A stretch of DNA of 63,682 nucleotides, filler included, from Octopus bimaculoides (taxonomy: Eukaryota): assembly GCF_001194135.2 (NCBI RefSeq). It is 4 parts of 4 records of this genome, joined end to end, with 100 filler letters (N's around TTAATTAATTAA, not from the genome) between each part and the next. Parts side by side here need not be neighbours in the genome. Positions count along the whole stretch, not along the records: positions 1 to 23,779 come from NC_068981.1; positions 23,880 to 52,943 come from NC_068988.1; 2 more parts are not named here. One strand, 5' to 3'. Below the pieces are notes generated by a model. It was not told the DNA's origin. It did not search any database and saw only the letters and a list, made by a program, of their open reading frames with translations. Both the position numbers and the translations under genes were made by a program. Numbering within the stretch: position 1 is the first letter of the stretch; the number at the start of each line of letters is the position of its first letter. Below are positions 13,322 to 28,627 of the stretch, piece after piece.

Positions 13322-13462
13322 TGAATGGAGAGAAAGAGGATGAACCGTCCGAATACTCCGGATGCTGCTCGAAAAATAAGGTGTGTTACCTTAGTTCACT
13401 GGTAGTGAACAGCTCAGACCGTAGTGCATCTCCAGCGTTAGAAGCTGTGAAAAGACAATATT

Positions 13463-13540
13463 ATGATGATGATAATAATAATAATAATGATGATGATGAT
13501 GATGATGATGATGATAGTAATAGTAATGATCATCATCATC

Positions 13541-13591
<51 letters not shown>

Positions 13592-13626
13592 GCCGCTGTC
13601 GTCGTCGTCGTCATCATCATCATCAG
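13463..13626. repeat. Compound (GAT)/(AAT)/(CAT)n microsatellite
   Basis: Read directly. Confidence 0.95.
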
Positions 13627-14043
13627 TTTTAATAGTATTAATACGTTTTACTCTGCAAGTAGCCATATATGACTTATTAACCAACTTTTTCGGTTTTGAC
13701 GTTTTATTTCAACGCTGCGAACCTATTTGGTTGTACTTACATTTCGAATGAGTCACACACGCACACATTATTAGCTGCAAAACGACATTGACTCAAGGCC
13801 CAAAGTTTTGTACCAAAATTCTTATGAAAGTTTTATAAGTTGGATAAGTGCATTGGAACCGAACTCTAAGTCCTCGAGTTACTGTAGCTCCTCAGCTAAT
13901 AACGCAATACGAATACTTTGCTTTATATATTGAGTTCTATTTCTACCCTTTCTGAAAAACTTAAACTTGTATGGATACATAAACACATCGGTTTATGTAG
14001 ACATACGTACATGCACAAATCTGTCTCTCTTTCTCTCTCTGTC

Positions 14044-14091
<48 letters not shown>

Positions 14092-14887
14092 ATGCACAAA
14101 AGAGAGCGGTAGAAGGAGAACGAGTCAGAATAAAAGTTAAAAAGAATGATAAAAAGGGAGAGAGGCGAGGAGGAGAGGCGAAGAAGAAGTGAAGGGGAGA
14201 TAAGAACGTAAAGTAAAATATGGTGGAGAGAAAACAAGGAACGAAAGATAGGAAGGCGAAACAAAATTCAGAACAATAAGATGGGAGTACAGTTCAGATC
14301 TATGTTCTAGACTTGAAGCAGGAAATAAAAGGTAGGAATGTTTAGTGTAAGATTATCCACAAGGGCCAACATATATTCTTTCTATGAAGATAACACAAAA
14401 GATAATGCACGAGTAAATGTACGGTTGCTTCAAGGAATTCTTTCGATTGATACACCGAGTAATACCGCCAGCTATTTCTTTTATTCCTGCGTTGAGTGGC
14501 AAAGTCCATTGGAGAGAAAGAAGACAGAGGAGAACGAAAAAGAAGGCAATTAAGAAGAAACAGAAGCTGCAGAAATAAGATGATGGAGAAAAGAGAAGGT
14601 AATAAAGAGAGAAGAAAATAAAGATGGGAGGAAGATGTAGGGTGGGGTAGAATAAGATATAGAATATCAATATCTCAAGAACCGAAGATAAGATGGAATG
14701 ACAAATAAAATGGAACAAAAAATAAAAAGCGAAGCAGGCGCAGAAGAATGGTAGCAAAAGGTTACACATACACGCGCGCACACACGTAACCACTCACAAG
14801 CACATGTATGTGCATTAACTTATATATATTTATATATATATATCTACATATATATATATTTATGTATGTATATATACATACATACAT

Positions 14888-14952
<65 letters not shown>

Positions 14953-15102
14953 TTTATATAAATATATATATATACATATATGTTGTATGTATACTCTATG
15001 TGAGTGTACATGCATGCGTAAACATATTCATAGGTGTATGCATGTGTGTGTGTACGTATACACACACATACATACGTACATACATACATACATACATGCA
15101 TA

Positions 15103-15158
<56 letters not shown>

Positions 15159-15437
15159 ATATATATACATACACATATATATATATAATATATATATNNN
15201 NNNNNNNNNNNNNNNNNNNNNNNNNNNNNNNNNNNNNNNNNNNNNNNNNNNNNNNNNNNNNNNNNNNNNNNNNNNNNNNNNNNNNNNNNNNNNNNNNNNN
15301 NNNNNNNNNNNNNNNNNNNNNNNNNNNNNNNNNNNNNNNNNNNNNNNNNNNNNNNNNNNNNNNNNNNNNNNNNNNNNNNNNNNNNNNNNNNNNNNNNNNN
15401 NNNNNNNNNNNNNNNNNNNNNNNNNNNNNNNNNNNNN

Positions 15438-15489
<52 letters not shown>

Positions 15490-15640
15490 ATATTGTACAC
15501 GCATACTCATCGATATATATATGCGTATATGCATATATTCACACCTGCATATTTAAAGTTTCTGCACATTTATATAATTAATATTATTCGCGCATATTGT
15601 ACAATACATTCGCACACTCATGCCTGTATGTATGTATGTA

Positions 15641-15677
<37 letters not shown>

Positions 15678-15683
15678 ATCTCC

Positions 15684-15721
<38 letters not shown>

Positions 15722-16221
15722 ATCTGTCTATCTATACCTGTAACCATCTTTCTATATATATTTATATTTACGTATATACATGAATATTTCTGCTCTATTG
15801 TGTGACAAGACAATGAGACCAGTTGTACAAAAGGAAAGGTGATAAATGATGGCTTAAAATATACCGAGAAATCGATAGGAATATATTTCGGTTACTAAAG
15901 GCATATTCAGAATCAAAATAGCTTTCATCAGTAAAAACCTTGAATACATGTCGGCCGATTAGTCCATCAAAGTCAAAAGAGATGACATGCTTCTTTTCGA
16001 CGAGTCTTCATATAACTTCATTAATGGGACTCTTTATGCGAATAACGACGAAATTGCAGTCTTTAAACATGGCTAAAAATGTAAGTTCACAAGTAAGCTG
16101 CAGGTACTTTCTGTCATCGTTAATTCTTTTTAGATATTTCGTGATATAGCGAATGAAGGTATTGATTAAAGATAAGTATGTATGTATGTATATATGTATG
16201 TATGTATGTATATATGTATGC

Positions 16222-16260
<39 letters not shown>

Positions 16261-16266
16261 CAGACG

Positions 16267-16321
<55 letters not shown>

Positions 16322-19300
16322 GTATGTGTGTAATATGTATAGTCATATATGTTGTTCCACCAATACAGCTATGTGCAAAACATAAGCTGACACATAATTT
16401 CGATTACAGATTGGAAGTTTCACTTCTTTTATTCTTTTATACTCTGAAGCAAATATGATTGTTGTCGTGGCTATTATTTAGTTCTAGATGAACTGTGATG
16501 GAGCACATCTATGATAAAAAAGCATTCTAGGCATTATCATCTCTTTCTCATTTTTTTATATCTAGTACTCCATTATCTAATGCATTTTCCCCTTTATTTA
16601 GAATAGAGGTTTGAGATTTCAAGAAGATTTAACTGCTATTTATAGAATGTTCAGTAGACGTGTACTAATCTGTTTGGCTTACGCAAATCTGTTTCATTTA
16701 TATTAATAGTTAGCTGTTTTAAATCAACATCCAAGAGAGCTGCAATAGAGTGTATTTCTACTCGAGCACCGATTATACAAATATATTTATATCCACACAC
16801 GCAAACACAATGTACATATACGCAGCAAGCGGTACGTTGTGTTTTTGAGCATAACACCTCGTTTTACGTTGCTCTGAGATCATTTCATCTGACAATTGGT
16901 ACACCATGCACCCGTACAGATATTGTGTCTGATATACTGTGAGTATATATATATATATNNNNNNNNNNNNNNNNNNNNNNNNNNNNNNNNNNNNNNNNNN
17001 NNNNNNNNNNNNNNNNNNNNNNNNNNNNNNNNNNNNNNNNNNNNNNNNNNNNNNNNNNNNNNNNNNNNNNNNNNNNNNNNNNNNNNNNNNNNNNNNNNNN
17101 NNNNNNNNNNNNNNNNNNNNNNNNNNNNNNNNNNNNNNNNNNNNNNNNNNNNNNNNNNNNNNNNNNNNNNNNNNNNNNNNNNNNNNNNNNNNNNNNNNNN
17201 NNNNNNNNNNNNNNNNNNNNNNNNNNNNNNNNNNNNNNNNNNNNNNNNNNNNNNNNNNNNNNNNNNNNNNNNNNNNNNNNNNNNNNNNNNNNNNNNNNNN
17301 NNNNNNNNNNNNNNNNNNNNNNNNNNNNNNNNNNNNNNNNNNNNNNNNNNNNNNNNNNNNNNNNNNNNNNNNNNNNNNNNNNNNNNNNNNNNNNNNNNNN
17401 NNNNNNNNNNNNNNNNNNNNNNNNNNNNNNNNNNNNNNNNNNNNNNNNNNNNNNNNNNNNNNNNNNNNNNNNNNNNNNNNNNNNNNNNNNNNNNNNNNNN
17501 NNNNNNNNNNNNNNNNNNNNNNNNNNNNNNNNNNNNNNNNNNNNNNNNNNNNNNNNNNNNNNNNNNNNNNNNNNNNNNNNNNNNNNNNNNNNNNNNNNNN
17601 NNNNNNNNNNNNNNNNNNNNNNNNNNNNNNNNNNNNNNNNNNNNNNNNNNNNNNNNNNNNNNNNNNNNNNNNNNNNNNNNNNNNNNNNNNNNNNNNNNNN
17701 NNNNNNNNNNNNNNNNNNNNNNNNNNNNNNNNNNNNNNNNNNNNNNNNNNNNNNNNNNNNNNNNNNNNNNNNNNNNNNNNNNNNNNNNNNNNNNNNNNNN
17801 NNNNNNNNNNNNNNNNNNNNNNNNNNNNNNNNNNNNNNNNNNNNNNNNNNNNNNNNNCATTGTATTATATATATATATATATATATATATATTCATAAAT
17901 ATACATATATAACATATATAACTGTAACTGGAGAGGAATATTCACCGTCCGTTTGATTTTAATCAATAAATTATTAATTGTACCCTGGCCCAAAGTAAAT
18001 GGAAAATTACTCTACGAAATGAAAGGTATTAAAATTCTCTAGACAGGAAAGGGAACTGAATGATGAGTGCACAAAGCCTAAATAAAAAAAAAATATGCTC
18101 GTTCAGCAGTTTCTTAAGGGGTTTCAGCAGTTTGGACATCTTATGCCTCACTGCCAGTCCGTGGGAAAAGGCACCGGATATGGTTGAGAGACATTTGAGA
18201 CTCATATACATGTATCTACGTGTATATATGCGCGCACACGCACGTGTACAACTGCATGCAAACATAACATGTTAAATATAACTTTATACGAATCTTTCTT
18301 TTTACCTCTCTCTCTCTATCCATCTTGCTAACTATCTAAGCACCTATATATATATATGAACACATGCAATTACATTCATATACCATGTGCATAAAAATGC
18401 ATACGCTTAAATATACTTATACACTAAACATACACACATATATTTCCATGTAAATTATCCATATTATTTCATTTTCTATTTTCATTTTCAATGTTTATTT
18501 AAAATTTATAGAATTTCTGTTATCAGATGACATTTCTATAATAAGATTTTAATTTCATCTTATTTTTTTTATTTCTAAATTCTGTAACTTTTTCTTAAAA
18601 TCATATATATTCAATATTTTATACTAATTTATTGTTTTAATGCTGTTTTAAACTATGTATGTGCTTTAATTATGAGTATTCTTCAGAATTATAGAAATTC
18701 ACAGAGCATCGTTCCTGAGTTTTGATAAATTGTATTATGTTACTTTTTGAAAATAAATGGCAAGGTATATGCACAAACAATTGATTTTCGTAGTTATATA
18801 TTATAAAGACACTAAACTTAACGCTTTTAGTTAAAATTATATTATAATTTCATACTATAATGCAAGGGAATATATGCAGACAAACACGTCAAAATTGTGG
18901 TTGAAGTTACCTCTTTTCATTAATTACTATGAAGTTTTATAAAAAGGAACTGAATTGCAGTATGGTTTTGTCCACCAAAACATGCAAAGATCGACTGCGT
19001 GGCTTAAAAAAAACCCCAGTATGTACAGAGTGATGAAGTAGTAAGAGTAGTAAGATGAAGAGAAGTAACGATAAAGCACAGAATTACTAAAAATAGTTAC
19101 TTCTGAATGATTAAAAATGACTTAGAGCAAGTATGAAAAACGAAAACAATGCTACAAAATTAATTTCTAAACAATTGCAGTATATTCTAAATACAAATTT
19201 CATAAAGCTCAAGGTCAGTCGATGCTTCTTAAGATCATTTATTTAAAAAATAGTACGAAATGATATACCTGGTTAAGAAAAAAAAAATTCTATGATAAAA

Positions 19301-19798
19301 TTTCTCTAAAGCAACAGTCATAAAAGAACTGGAAATATGCAAATAGACGCCAAGTAGATACCATTATTATTTTATCAGCAATGATACGTTACACCCCATT
19401 ATTGCCAATAAAAACCATTTGATTTCATTATTAATCTTTCGAAAAAAATCGAAGATAAAACTTGTTATTGCTATGCGAGTGTAAGAAATCATTAATATAA
19501 CGCTATTTGTGTGCTATTATTTGCCTTATAACTATTTGTTTTCACATACATCTTATCACAAAAATATATCCGCTTTTAATTTTTCATCCCATTGGCATCA
19601 GATATACAATTCATTGCCAATTCAAAAAGACTATATCGAACCGAAATTTCTGGAAAGTTCTATTTGATATTTTGATTACTATATCATTTAACTATAAGAT
19701 CTTAAAGACAAAACAAAACCCAAACAAAGATTAGAAAACATATCAAACGTGCTTCAGAATATAAAATATAAAAACCGATGAATACACTGAAACGTTTT

Positions 19799-19800
<2 letters not shown>

Positions 19801-19888
<88 letters not shown>
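19801..19888. repeat. (CA)n microsatellite
   Basis: Read directly. Confidence 0.95.
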
Positions 19889-19891
<3 letters not shown>

Positions 19892-20840
19892 AGTTTAATA
19901 TCACCACGCCATTCACACACCTACCAAGCACACGTCCAACCACATAGATACGTATTTACACACAAACATACGACTATTGAAATATGTATTATGTACATAT
20001 GCATACATTTAAATAACTCTGTCCGTGTTTGTAAACATAATAAATAGCCGAGCAAATGATCTGTCTGTGAACAGATGTGTTTTCTTCCTATGATAGATAA
20101 ATAACTTGGCTAGAAACTGGCCAGACTGATACATTTTCATGGCCATCGACAAATATGACCTGTGGTACAAGTTTATTTACTTTACGCGGCGAGGCTAATT
20201 TTTATGTTTATTAAAATATTGATGCTTATTTTAACTCACATTTTCAATTCAATTATTTCAATATATATGGATGTATGTGTGTTAGTAATTGCACGCTAAT
20301 GAACTAACGAAGTGAAACACTCAGAGTGATGAGAAGAACGATAAACAAAGAAGGGGAGAAGAGTTTGGTACCAGATGGGGATAGGAAGAGATGATGGAAG
20401 AAAGAGGGATGGATAAAAAGAGATAGTAGGAGAGATACAGAGAAGGAGCGACAAAGAAAACTTAATGATGTAAATGGAAGGAAAATGGTAAAAAAATTTA
20501 AAAGTAACAGTTGAAAATTTCCATCCTACACACATTTGACTCAAATTTTAAAATAAAACCAAGGTGATAAATAATAAAAAAAGATGATGTGAATTCAAAT
20601 CAGAACATAAAAATATAACATTAGTCATAAGCAAAATTATAACAATAGGAATACCAGCCGCAAATAATGAAAGACATAAAAACAAACAACAGTAATAAGC
20701 AAAGATTAACCAAGATTTAATATTTCTAGTTCTTTCTTAATGAAAATATTTGAAATTTCACACAAAGCTATGAAATAATCTATAAAAGTGTATAAAATTG
20801 AACGAAACTTGTTGTGGCAGATAACAATATATACATACAA

Positions 20841-20900
<60 letters not shown>

Positions 20901-23551
20901 GCGCGCGCGCCTATGTATATATAGATTTAGAAAATCAATAGTGTATATTTACATGTGAAATTGGGCGTTCTCCAATTTCATTTGACATAAGAAATAGTAA
21001 AAAATAGAAAAGTCGGATTATACAGCATTTTGAAACTTGAAATGAAAATGCGTTATTAAATTACGACGCTAATGTAAAAGAAACAAACATACACAAAAGA
21101 AAGGAAAAACTGCAAGAAATCTTAATGAATGATGAATACNNNNNNNNNNNNNNNNNNNNNNNNNNNNNNNNNNNNNNNNNNNNNNNNNNNNNNNNNNNNN
21201 NNNNNNNNNNNNNNNNNNNNNNNNNNNNNNNNNNNNNNNNNNNNNNNNNNNNNNNNNNNNNNNNNNNNNNNNNNNNNNNNNNNNNNNNNNNNNNNNNNNN
21301 NNNNNNNNNNNNNNNNNNNNNNNNNNNNNNNNNNNNNNNNNNNNNNNNNNNNNNNNNNNNNNNNNNNNNNNNNNNNNNNNNNNNNNNNNNNNNNNNNNNN
21401 NNNNNNNNNNNNNNNNNNNNNNNNNNNNNNNNNNNNNNNNNNNNNNNNNNNNNNNNNNNNNNNNNNNNNNNNNNNNNNNNNNNNNNNNNNNNNNNNNNNN
21501 NNNNNNNNNNNNNNNNNNNNNNNNNNNNNNNNNNNNNNNNNNNNNNNNNNNNNNNNNNNNNNNNNNNNNNNNNNNNNNNNNNNNNNNNNNNNNNNNNNNN
21601 NNNNNNNNNNNNNNNNNNNNNNNNNNNNNNNNNNNNNNNNNNNNNNNNNNNNNNNNNNNNNNNNNNNNNNNNNNNNNNNNNNNNNNNNNNNNNNNNNNNN
21701 NNNNNNNNNNNNNNNNNNNNNNNNNNNNNNNNNNNNNNNNNNNNNNNNNNNNNNNNNNNNNNNNNNNNNNNNNNNNNNNNNNNNNNNNNNNNNNNNNNNN
21801 NNNNNNNNNNNNNNNNNNNNNNNNNNNNNNNNNNNNNNNNNNNNNNNNNNNNNNNNNNNNNNNNNNNNNNNNNNNNNNNNNNNNNNNNNNNNNNNNNNNN
21901 NNNNNNNNNNNNNNNNNNNNNNNNNNNNNNNNNNNNNNNNNNNNNNNNNNNNNNNNNNNNNNNNNNNNNNNNNNNNNNNNNNNNNNNNNNNNNNNNNNNN
22001 NNNNNNNNNNNNNNNNNNNNNNNNNNNNNNNNNNNNNNNNNNNNNNCATATATGCAGAGAGAGAGAGAGAGATATCTTTCATAGCGTCCGCTTGATCATA
22101 ATACATTGTCTTCCTCATACCTCACACGATTCCCCAAAAGGCTCATATATAATGTTCTGATGTTTTTTCTTTCACGTGTTCATGATTTTTCCAAAAGTAT
22201 TGCCAAATCAAGAAAAAGAACTTTTAAAAATCAGTCCATGTTATAATTTCAGAGTTTGTTTTGTTATTGCAATGTGGCACGGAAATTCGAGTGCGTCCCC
22301 TCTAGCCCGTTTTTAATGCTTCGTAACTTTTTATCTGTTTCACTTCCAGTGTAGTCTCTTAATTAGTTTGAAGAAAAATGTTCGCTAACGGGGTGGAATA
22401 CTTCATTTTAAATGGTGGATCATACCAGCTATTATTTCCATTTCTTCCTTATGTATAATGCTATTGTTAACCGACTCGACTGGTTCTTATCTAAGTGTAC
22501 ATTAGTAATTATACTTTTATATATGTGTTTCTATAAAATTGCACGTGTCAGTACGAATGTGACTGACTGTGTTTAACATCTTGCATAGAAAGTTAAAAAG
22601 GAGTAAATCAAATAAGCACACGAGAGTGCCTGCTAGAAGAACTGTACATTTATGATGATAGTTAAGACCGTCTAATGTCACTTAGACTGCTTGTCAGGTT
22701 ATAGGTTTCAGAATATAAGTGCCTCCTCTCATTATCTCCTCTCTACTAAGATTCAACCGAATCTCTCCTCAACTAACATTTAAATATTTTAGAAGTCTTC
22801 AAATTAATTAAGAAAGCCTTCACGCGGCAGCACAGAGTAGATACTAACAGTACAGAAAACCCCAAGTAACACTAGTTCTCTACCATAGATTCACATCTTC
22901 TTTTCGTTCTCAACACTAATCGTCAATCTATATCTAGGAGGTAAAGATTGAGAACATCTCACACAACTTAAAATGGAAGAAATTATCTGAAATATGTAAT
23001 TATTTTTGGGATATAAAATGAATATAAGATTTGTGGAGTCGAAATTATATAGACATTAATCGTCACGATATATACAAAATCAGCAAACCTCACACGCATT
23101 ATGGATCTTTACATACAACCGAGAGTTGATAACACTAACTTAGACATAAATATTTCGACAAATGACATATCTATGTATGTGTAATGCATCTGTGTGTGAG
23201 TATTTGCTTATAAATATACAACGATTGCATATACGCCACGTAACCAATAGGCAAATGTCTAAAATCATTCTCTGAATGGAACAGCTGCAAAATCCCTTCA
23301 GTTAGATTCCATTTTTTCTATTTTTTTTTTTTTTTTACAAATCTTTAACGTTATGTTAACGTCAGCTAGCAACTAATTTCAACTAGTGTGCATAACATCA
23401 TATGTCGGTCCCAGATCACAGTGTTTGTTTTTTAACATTGCATTTTATTGGCGTCTTGTCATCAATATTACGCCACACATTGATGTAGGCATGCATGAAT
23501 CCATGGAAATCTGTACTCAAGCATGGATGCGTGAACACATAGATAGATACA

Positions 23552-23612
<61 letters not shown>

Positions 23613-23779
23613 GCATGCATATATATATATATATGTGTGTATGTGTGTGTGTCTGTATGTATATACATATATATATATGTATATATATATATGTATGTAT
23701 ATATATGTATATATATGTATATATATATGTATGTATATATATATGTATATATATGTATATACATATGTATGTATATATA

Positions 23780-23879
23780 NNNNNNNNNNNNNNNNNNNNN
23801 NNNNNNNNNNNNNNNNNNNNNNNTTAATTAATTAANNNNNNNNNNNNNNNNNNNNNNNNNNNNNNNNNNNNNNNNNNNN
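23780..23879. other. Artificial scaffold spacer 44N-TTAATTAATTAA-44N
   Basis: Exactly 100 bp with a six-frame stop linker; identical at 52944-53043 and 56469-56568. Confidence 0.95.
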
Positions 23880-23910
<31 letters not shown>

Positions 23911-23943
23911 GATATATTGCTCAAGATGTTTAATACTTACTTG

Positions 23944-24262
23944 CACGTAGCTTGGTTAGTGGTATTCGGCTGTTTTCCGTAAAGGTTGTGAGTTCGATTC
24001 TTGGTCGTGTGCTGTGTCCTTCAGCAACACACATTATTTTCCGTTGTCTCAGACGACTCAGCTGGTAAAAATGAGGAGTACCTGTATTTCAAATGTCCAG
24101 CCATATCACATTGTGTGTCAGTCTGAATTTCCTTGAGAACTGCGTTAAAGATATGCGTAACTGTAGAGTGCTCAGCCACATGCATGTTAATTTCGTGAGC
24201 AGGCTGTTCGCTTGGTCGGATAAACTGGATCCCTTGCCGTCTACGAAATAACGGAGTGCCAC
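23944..24262 (+). mobile_element. Diverged SINE family 2 copy
   Basis: B box GAGTTCGATTC; body gtacctgtatttcaaa...gagtgctcagccac...acggagtgcca matches 10016-10404. Confidence 0.8.
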
Positions 24263-24302
24263 CAGCTATTTTAACAATACATAACTGAAAGAAGCTTAAC
24301 TA

Positions 24303-25579
24303 TCAGGTCATCCCATAAGTTCTGACCGATTTCACCTTTTTAAAAATTGAATGAAATGGAATTAAAATGGAATTAATTAATGGAATTAATGCATTTGTTT
24401 ACATTTAAACTAATTGAATATTATTTTACAGAATAATAGAATTAAAATTTCTTTGATTAAAACACTTTCTAACATGAAAGTATCCAAAGAGCATTTAAGG
24501 CACATAATACTCTATGAGTACAAAAAAGGAAACTCTGCAGTCGAAGCGACTCGAAACATCCACTCAGTTTATGGGAAAGCATGCTTGAAAGAAAGAACTT
24601 GCAGAAGATGGTTTGCAAAATTCAGAAGTGGAGATTTTAGCCTTGAAGGTGAAGATACAACAGGACGTCCAGTTGAGTTTGATGATAAGCTCCTTGAGGT
24701 ATTACTTGAAGAAAATCCTGCATTATCACTTGAAGAATTGGCAATAAAACTTAGTTCAAACTATACAACTGTTCATCGTCATCTTCAGCAACTTGAAAAG
24801 GTTCCTAAAGTTGGAAAATGGGTGCCTCATGAATCGACCGAAAGCAACCACAAATCCCGAGTTGACATCTGCTCTTCTCTCCATTCGCGCGAACTCATTT
24901 CACCCATTTTGGATAGACTTGTGACTGGTAACGAAAAATGTATCTTCTATCGAAATGTTAAACGTCGTAAACAGTGGCTTGGTATAAAGGAAAAAGCTAA
25001 ACCACAACCGAGAAGGGAACTTCATGGGAAGAAGGTTCTTCTCTCTATCTGGTGGGATTGCAAAGCAGTAATTAACTTTGAATTGTTACCACCTAATGCA
25101 ACAATCACTGTCCAAGTTTACTATCAGTAATTAGAGCATTTGAACCAAGCTTTGAAGAAAAAAAAAGACCCTCTTAAATTGAATCGAAAAGGAGTGATGT
25201 TTCATCAGGACAATGCGCGGCCCCACACGGCAAAGATCATATGACAAGATCGAACAGCTTGGCTGGAAAAAAAATTCCTCTTCCACCTTATTCTCCCGAC
25301 CTTGCTCCTTCAGGGAACCATTTGGTACGTAGTTTACAGAATCATTTGGGTGACGTAACTTTCGCAAGCCAGGAGGAGGTCTAACCTGACATTTCAGTGT
25401 TCTTCGCTTTGCAACCAAAAGAGTTTTACATTGATGGGATTAAAAATCTTGTAAATAGATGGAAGGATCTCATAGATAATCAGGGAAAGCACACTGATGA
25501 CTGAATTTGAATTAAATATAACATTTGATCACTTGTTTTCTTTATCCAAAATTCGGACAGAATTTATGGGATGACCTGA
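24303..25579 (+). mobile_element. Full-length mariner transposon (1277 bp)
   Basis: TIRs tcaggtcatcccataa(g/a)ttctg(a/t)ccga at both ends; TA at 24301-24302 and 25580-25581. Confidence 0.95.
24474..25503 (+). pseudogene. Mariner transposase pseudogene
   Basis: ORF MKVSKEHLRHIILYEYKKG...WVPHE...LVTGNEKC (first catalytic D->N). A stop at 25128-25130 is followed by frameshifted FHQDNARPH and YSPDLAPS motifs. Confidence 0.93.
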
Positions 25580-25949
25580 TATATTCATTCTTAATATGAA
25601 TTTCCGACGTGCGACCTATGTTTCATACTGTATGGATCAATCGATTTTTACGATGTTTACAATAAAACCTTTTTCGAGTATTCGATGAACATGCACTGCA
25701 AAGGCATTTCTATTTTCACTCACTGCTAAAGCAACGCTTCTCTCAATGCATTTACTTCAAAAGCAACACTACATTCAATGCATTTACACAATCTCGGCTT
25801 CATTACTTATACGAGAGTATATATACTTATAGTACATGAGCGCCTTTAGCGCTCACCCCCTCTCATTAAATATGCATTGGTTCCAGAAACAGACACTTCA
25901 GATCGGACATATGAGCTTCGAGTACATGAACAGGAACACTACTTGTATA

Positions 25950-26800
25950 TAGCTATCAACATAATACTCATGCATGAATAAGCTAGAACTAAAATGAAAG
26001 AAACAGCATCTAGAAGTTGCAAGATCATCTAGAAATAGCTGTTAGATTTCCTATCAGATCATCTAATGACATTCAAAATTAAATACAGGACTCACTGAGT
26101 AATGGCACGGTGTTCTGCTCAGACAGACTAAAGCCCAATTGATAATCAAAATATCTCCACAAAATCAGCTCTGAAAATAACTAATAACATTTTTAGCGAA
26201 CGTACATTTAAAGCAATATGAAATCTATATCTCAACGATGTGTCTTGCAATAGCGTAACGTCTATATATTTAAGAAGATAATGCTCCTCATAACCTTTAC
26301 AGTAGGTAAAATGTCTCATAACCTCGATGAGCGATAAAAGATGCGCATTAAATTTATTCACAAAGAATACCTCTCGTACATTTGTATAACAGACAGCTAT
26401 ATTGTTTTTCCCACTCCAGCTGATTTTTCCTTGAAGTTCCTTTACTACCATGAATTAGCAATCTATATACGATTGCCAATTGAGAAAACATGATAAATCC
26501 ATTTCTCCAACTTTCGAAATTTTATTCCTTTCACCCACATTATCCACGTTGAGATTCTTTTATGAAGTATTCTGCTTGTAATCTGTAACTTAACCAGATA
26601 CAGTTTCTATCCAATATTGTCCTGTCCTGAAAACACCTACTTATATTTGTCACATCAATTTCACCTCTTTATAAAGGGCAACCAGAAAGGCTTCTGCACA
26701 TCTTCTTTCCAATAATATATGGTAAGGTAACGGTATATCTGCGTATTTTGAAATACTTGAAGCAATTCTTGGAGAGGGATTACATGTGATACATATCAGT
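25950..26800 (-). mobile_element. Possible very old RTE-like APE endonuclease relic
   Basis: Weak resemblance of reverse-strand translations (MVVKELQGK...IAVCYTN) to the APE region; read by eye. Confidence 0.25.
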
Positions 26801-28594
26801 TCAGAGAAAGAACAACAACTAATTTGTTTTTATATCGCCTTGGAAGTACAAAATCAGCAAACAGAGGAAAAGGATTCGGAAAATATCATTATTTTCCTAT
26901 TTATTTCAAGCGAATTGTGATTTACAATTTAAAAAAAAAAATTCTACAGACGTTCAACTCCTTCAACAAAACTATGTAACAGAAACAATTGCTTTTCTTT
27001 AAAAAAACAACGAAATACGTCATGTCCAGGTGATACTAAAGAAACAGAGAATGCAACGCGAATATATAATTTCATTTCTGTCACTTTCTTATATATATCA
27101 ATAATTATTAACACTTACAAACATTATTCACATATATAAATGTGAGTGTGTGTGTGTGTGTGCGTTTGTGTGTGTGTTTGCGTGAGTGTTGTTGAGTGTA
27201 TATTGTGTGCATGAGGTTTACATTTGTGCACCCGAGTGTATGATTTAAAAAAGTTGTCAAAAGTAAGGCAATTATTATTTTCGTTCTGTGAATAAACGTC
27301 ATTACGTAATCTATAAAAAGGAGGAAAACATTAAAATTATTCAGCTTTCTCTTTTTTTCTAATGGGTTTTAGAATGCATTACTGAATTATTCATACGTCT
27401 TATATTGTATATTTCCTACTATTTATATACTTAATACATACTTACAAGTATATATGAACATGTCTAGACATGCAACTATATGCAAGAAAGTACGTACATA
27501 AAGTAAAACATACAAATCTGCACATATACATACATACATACATACATACCTTCAAGCATGCATACATACATACATACATACATACATACCCTTTTTGATG
27601 TTGTTGAAATTCCAACGAAAAAGCTTTGGATCTAGGTTCAAAAAGGTCTTTCTCTATTAGCAAGGCATCTTGAGATAAAACTGAACAAAAACTGACACAC
27701 ATACATAGATACATATATACAAACATACATACATAAAAACACATACATGCATGTATATATACATAAAAACATCCATACAAATATACATACATGCAAATAT
27801 ATATATATATATATATATATAANNNNNNNNNNNNNNNNNNNNNNNNNNNNNNNNNNNNNNNNNNNNNNNNNNNNNNNNNNNNNNNNNNNNNNNNNNNNNN
27901 NNNNNNNNNNNNNNNNNNNNNNNNNNNNNNNNNNNNNNNNNNNNNNNNNNNNNNNNNNNNNNNNNNNNNNNNNNNNNNNNNNNNNNNNNNNNNNNNNNNN
28001 NNNNNNNNNNNNNNNNNNNNNNNNNNNNNNNNNNNNNNNNNNNNNNNNNNNNNNNNNNNNNNNNNNNNNNNNNNNNNNNNNNNNNNNNNNNNNNNNNNNN
28101 NNNNNNNNNNNNNNNNNNNNNNNNNNNNNNNNNNNNNNNNNNNNNNNNNNNNNNNNNNNNNNNNNNNNNNNNNNNNNNNNNNNNNNNNNNNNNNNNNNNN
28201 NNNNNNNNNNNNNNNNNNNNNNNNNNNNNNNNNNNNNNNNNNNNNNNNNNNNNNNNNNNNNNNNNNNNNNNNNNNNNNNNNNNNNNNNNNNNNNNNNNNN
28301 NNNNNNNNNNNNNNNNNNNNNNNNNNNNNNNNNNNNNNNNNNNNNNNNNNNNNNNNNNNNNNNNNNNNNNNNNNNNNNNNNNNNNNNNNNNNNNNNNNNN
28401 NNNNNNNNNNNNNNNNNNNNNNNNNNNNNNNNNNNNNNNNNNNNNNNNNNNNNNNNNNNNNNNNNNNNNNNNNNNNNNNNNNNNNNNNNNNNNNNNNNNN
28501 NNNNNNNNNNNNNNNNNNNNNNNNNNNNNNNNNNNNNNNNNNNNNNNNNNNNNNNNNNNNNNNNNNNNNNNNNATATATATATATATATATACA

Positions 28595-28627
<33 letters not shown>

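Noticed and set aside
15875-15936. Minus-strand CUGAUGA...GAAAUAUAU hammerhead candidate
   Set aside because: Stem II and stem I do not pair convincingly.
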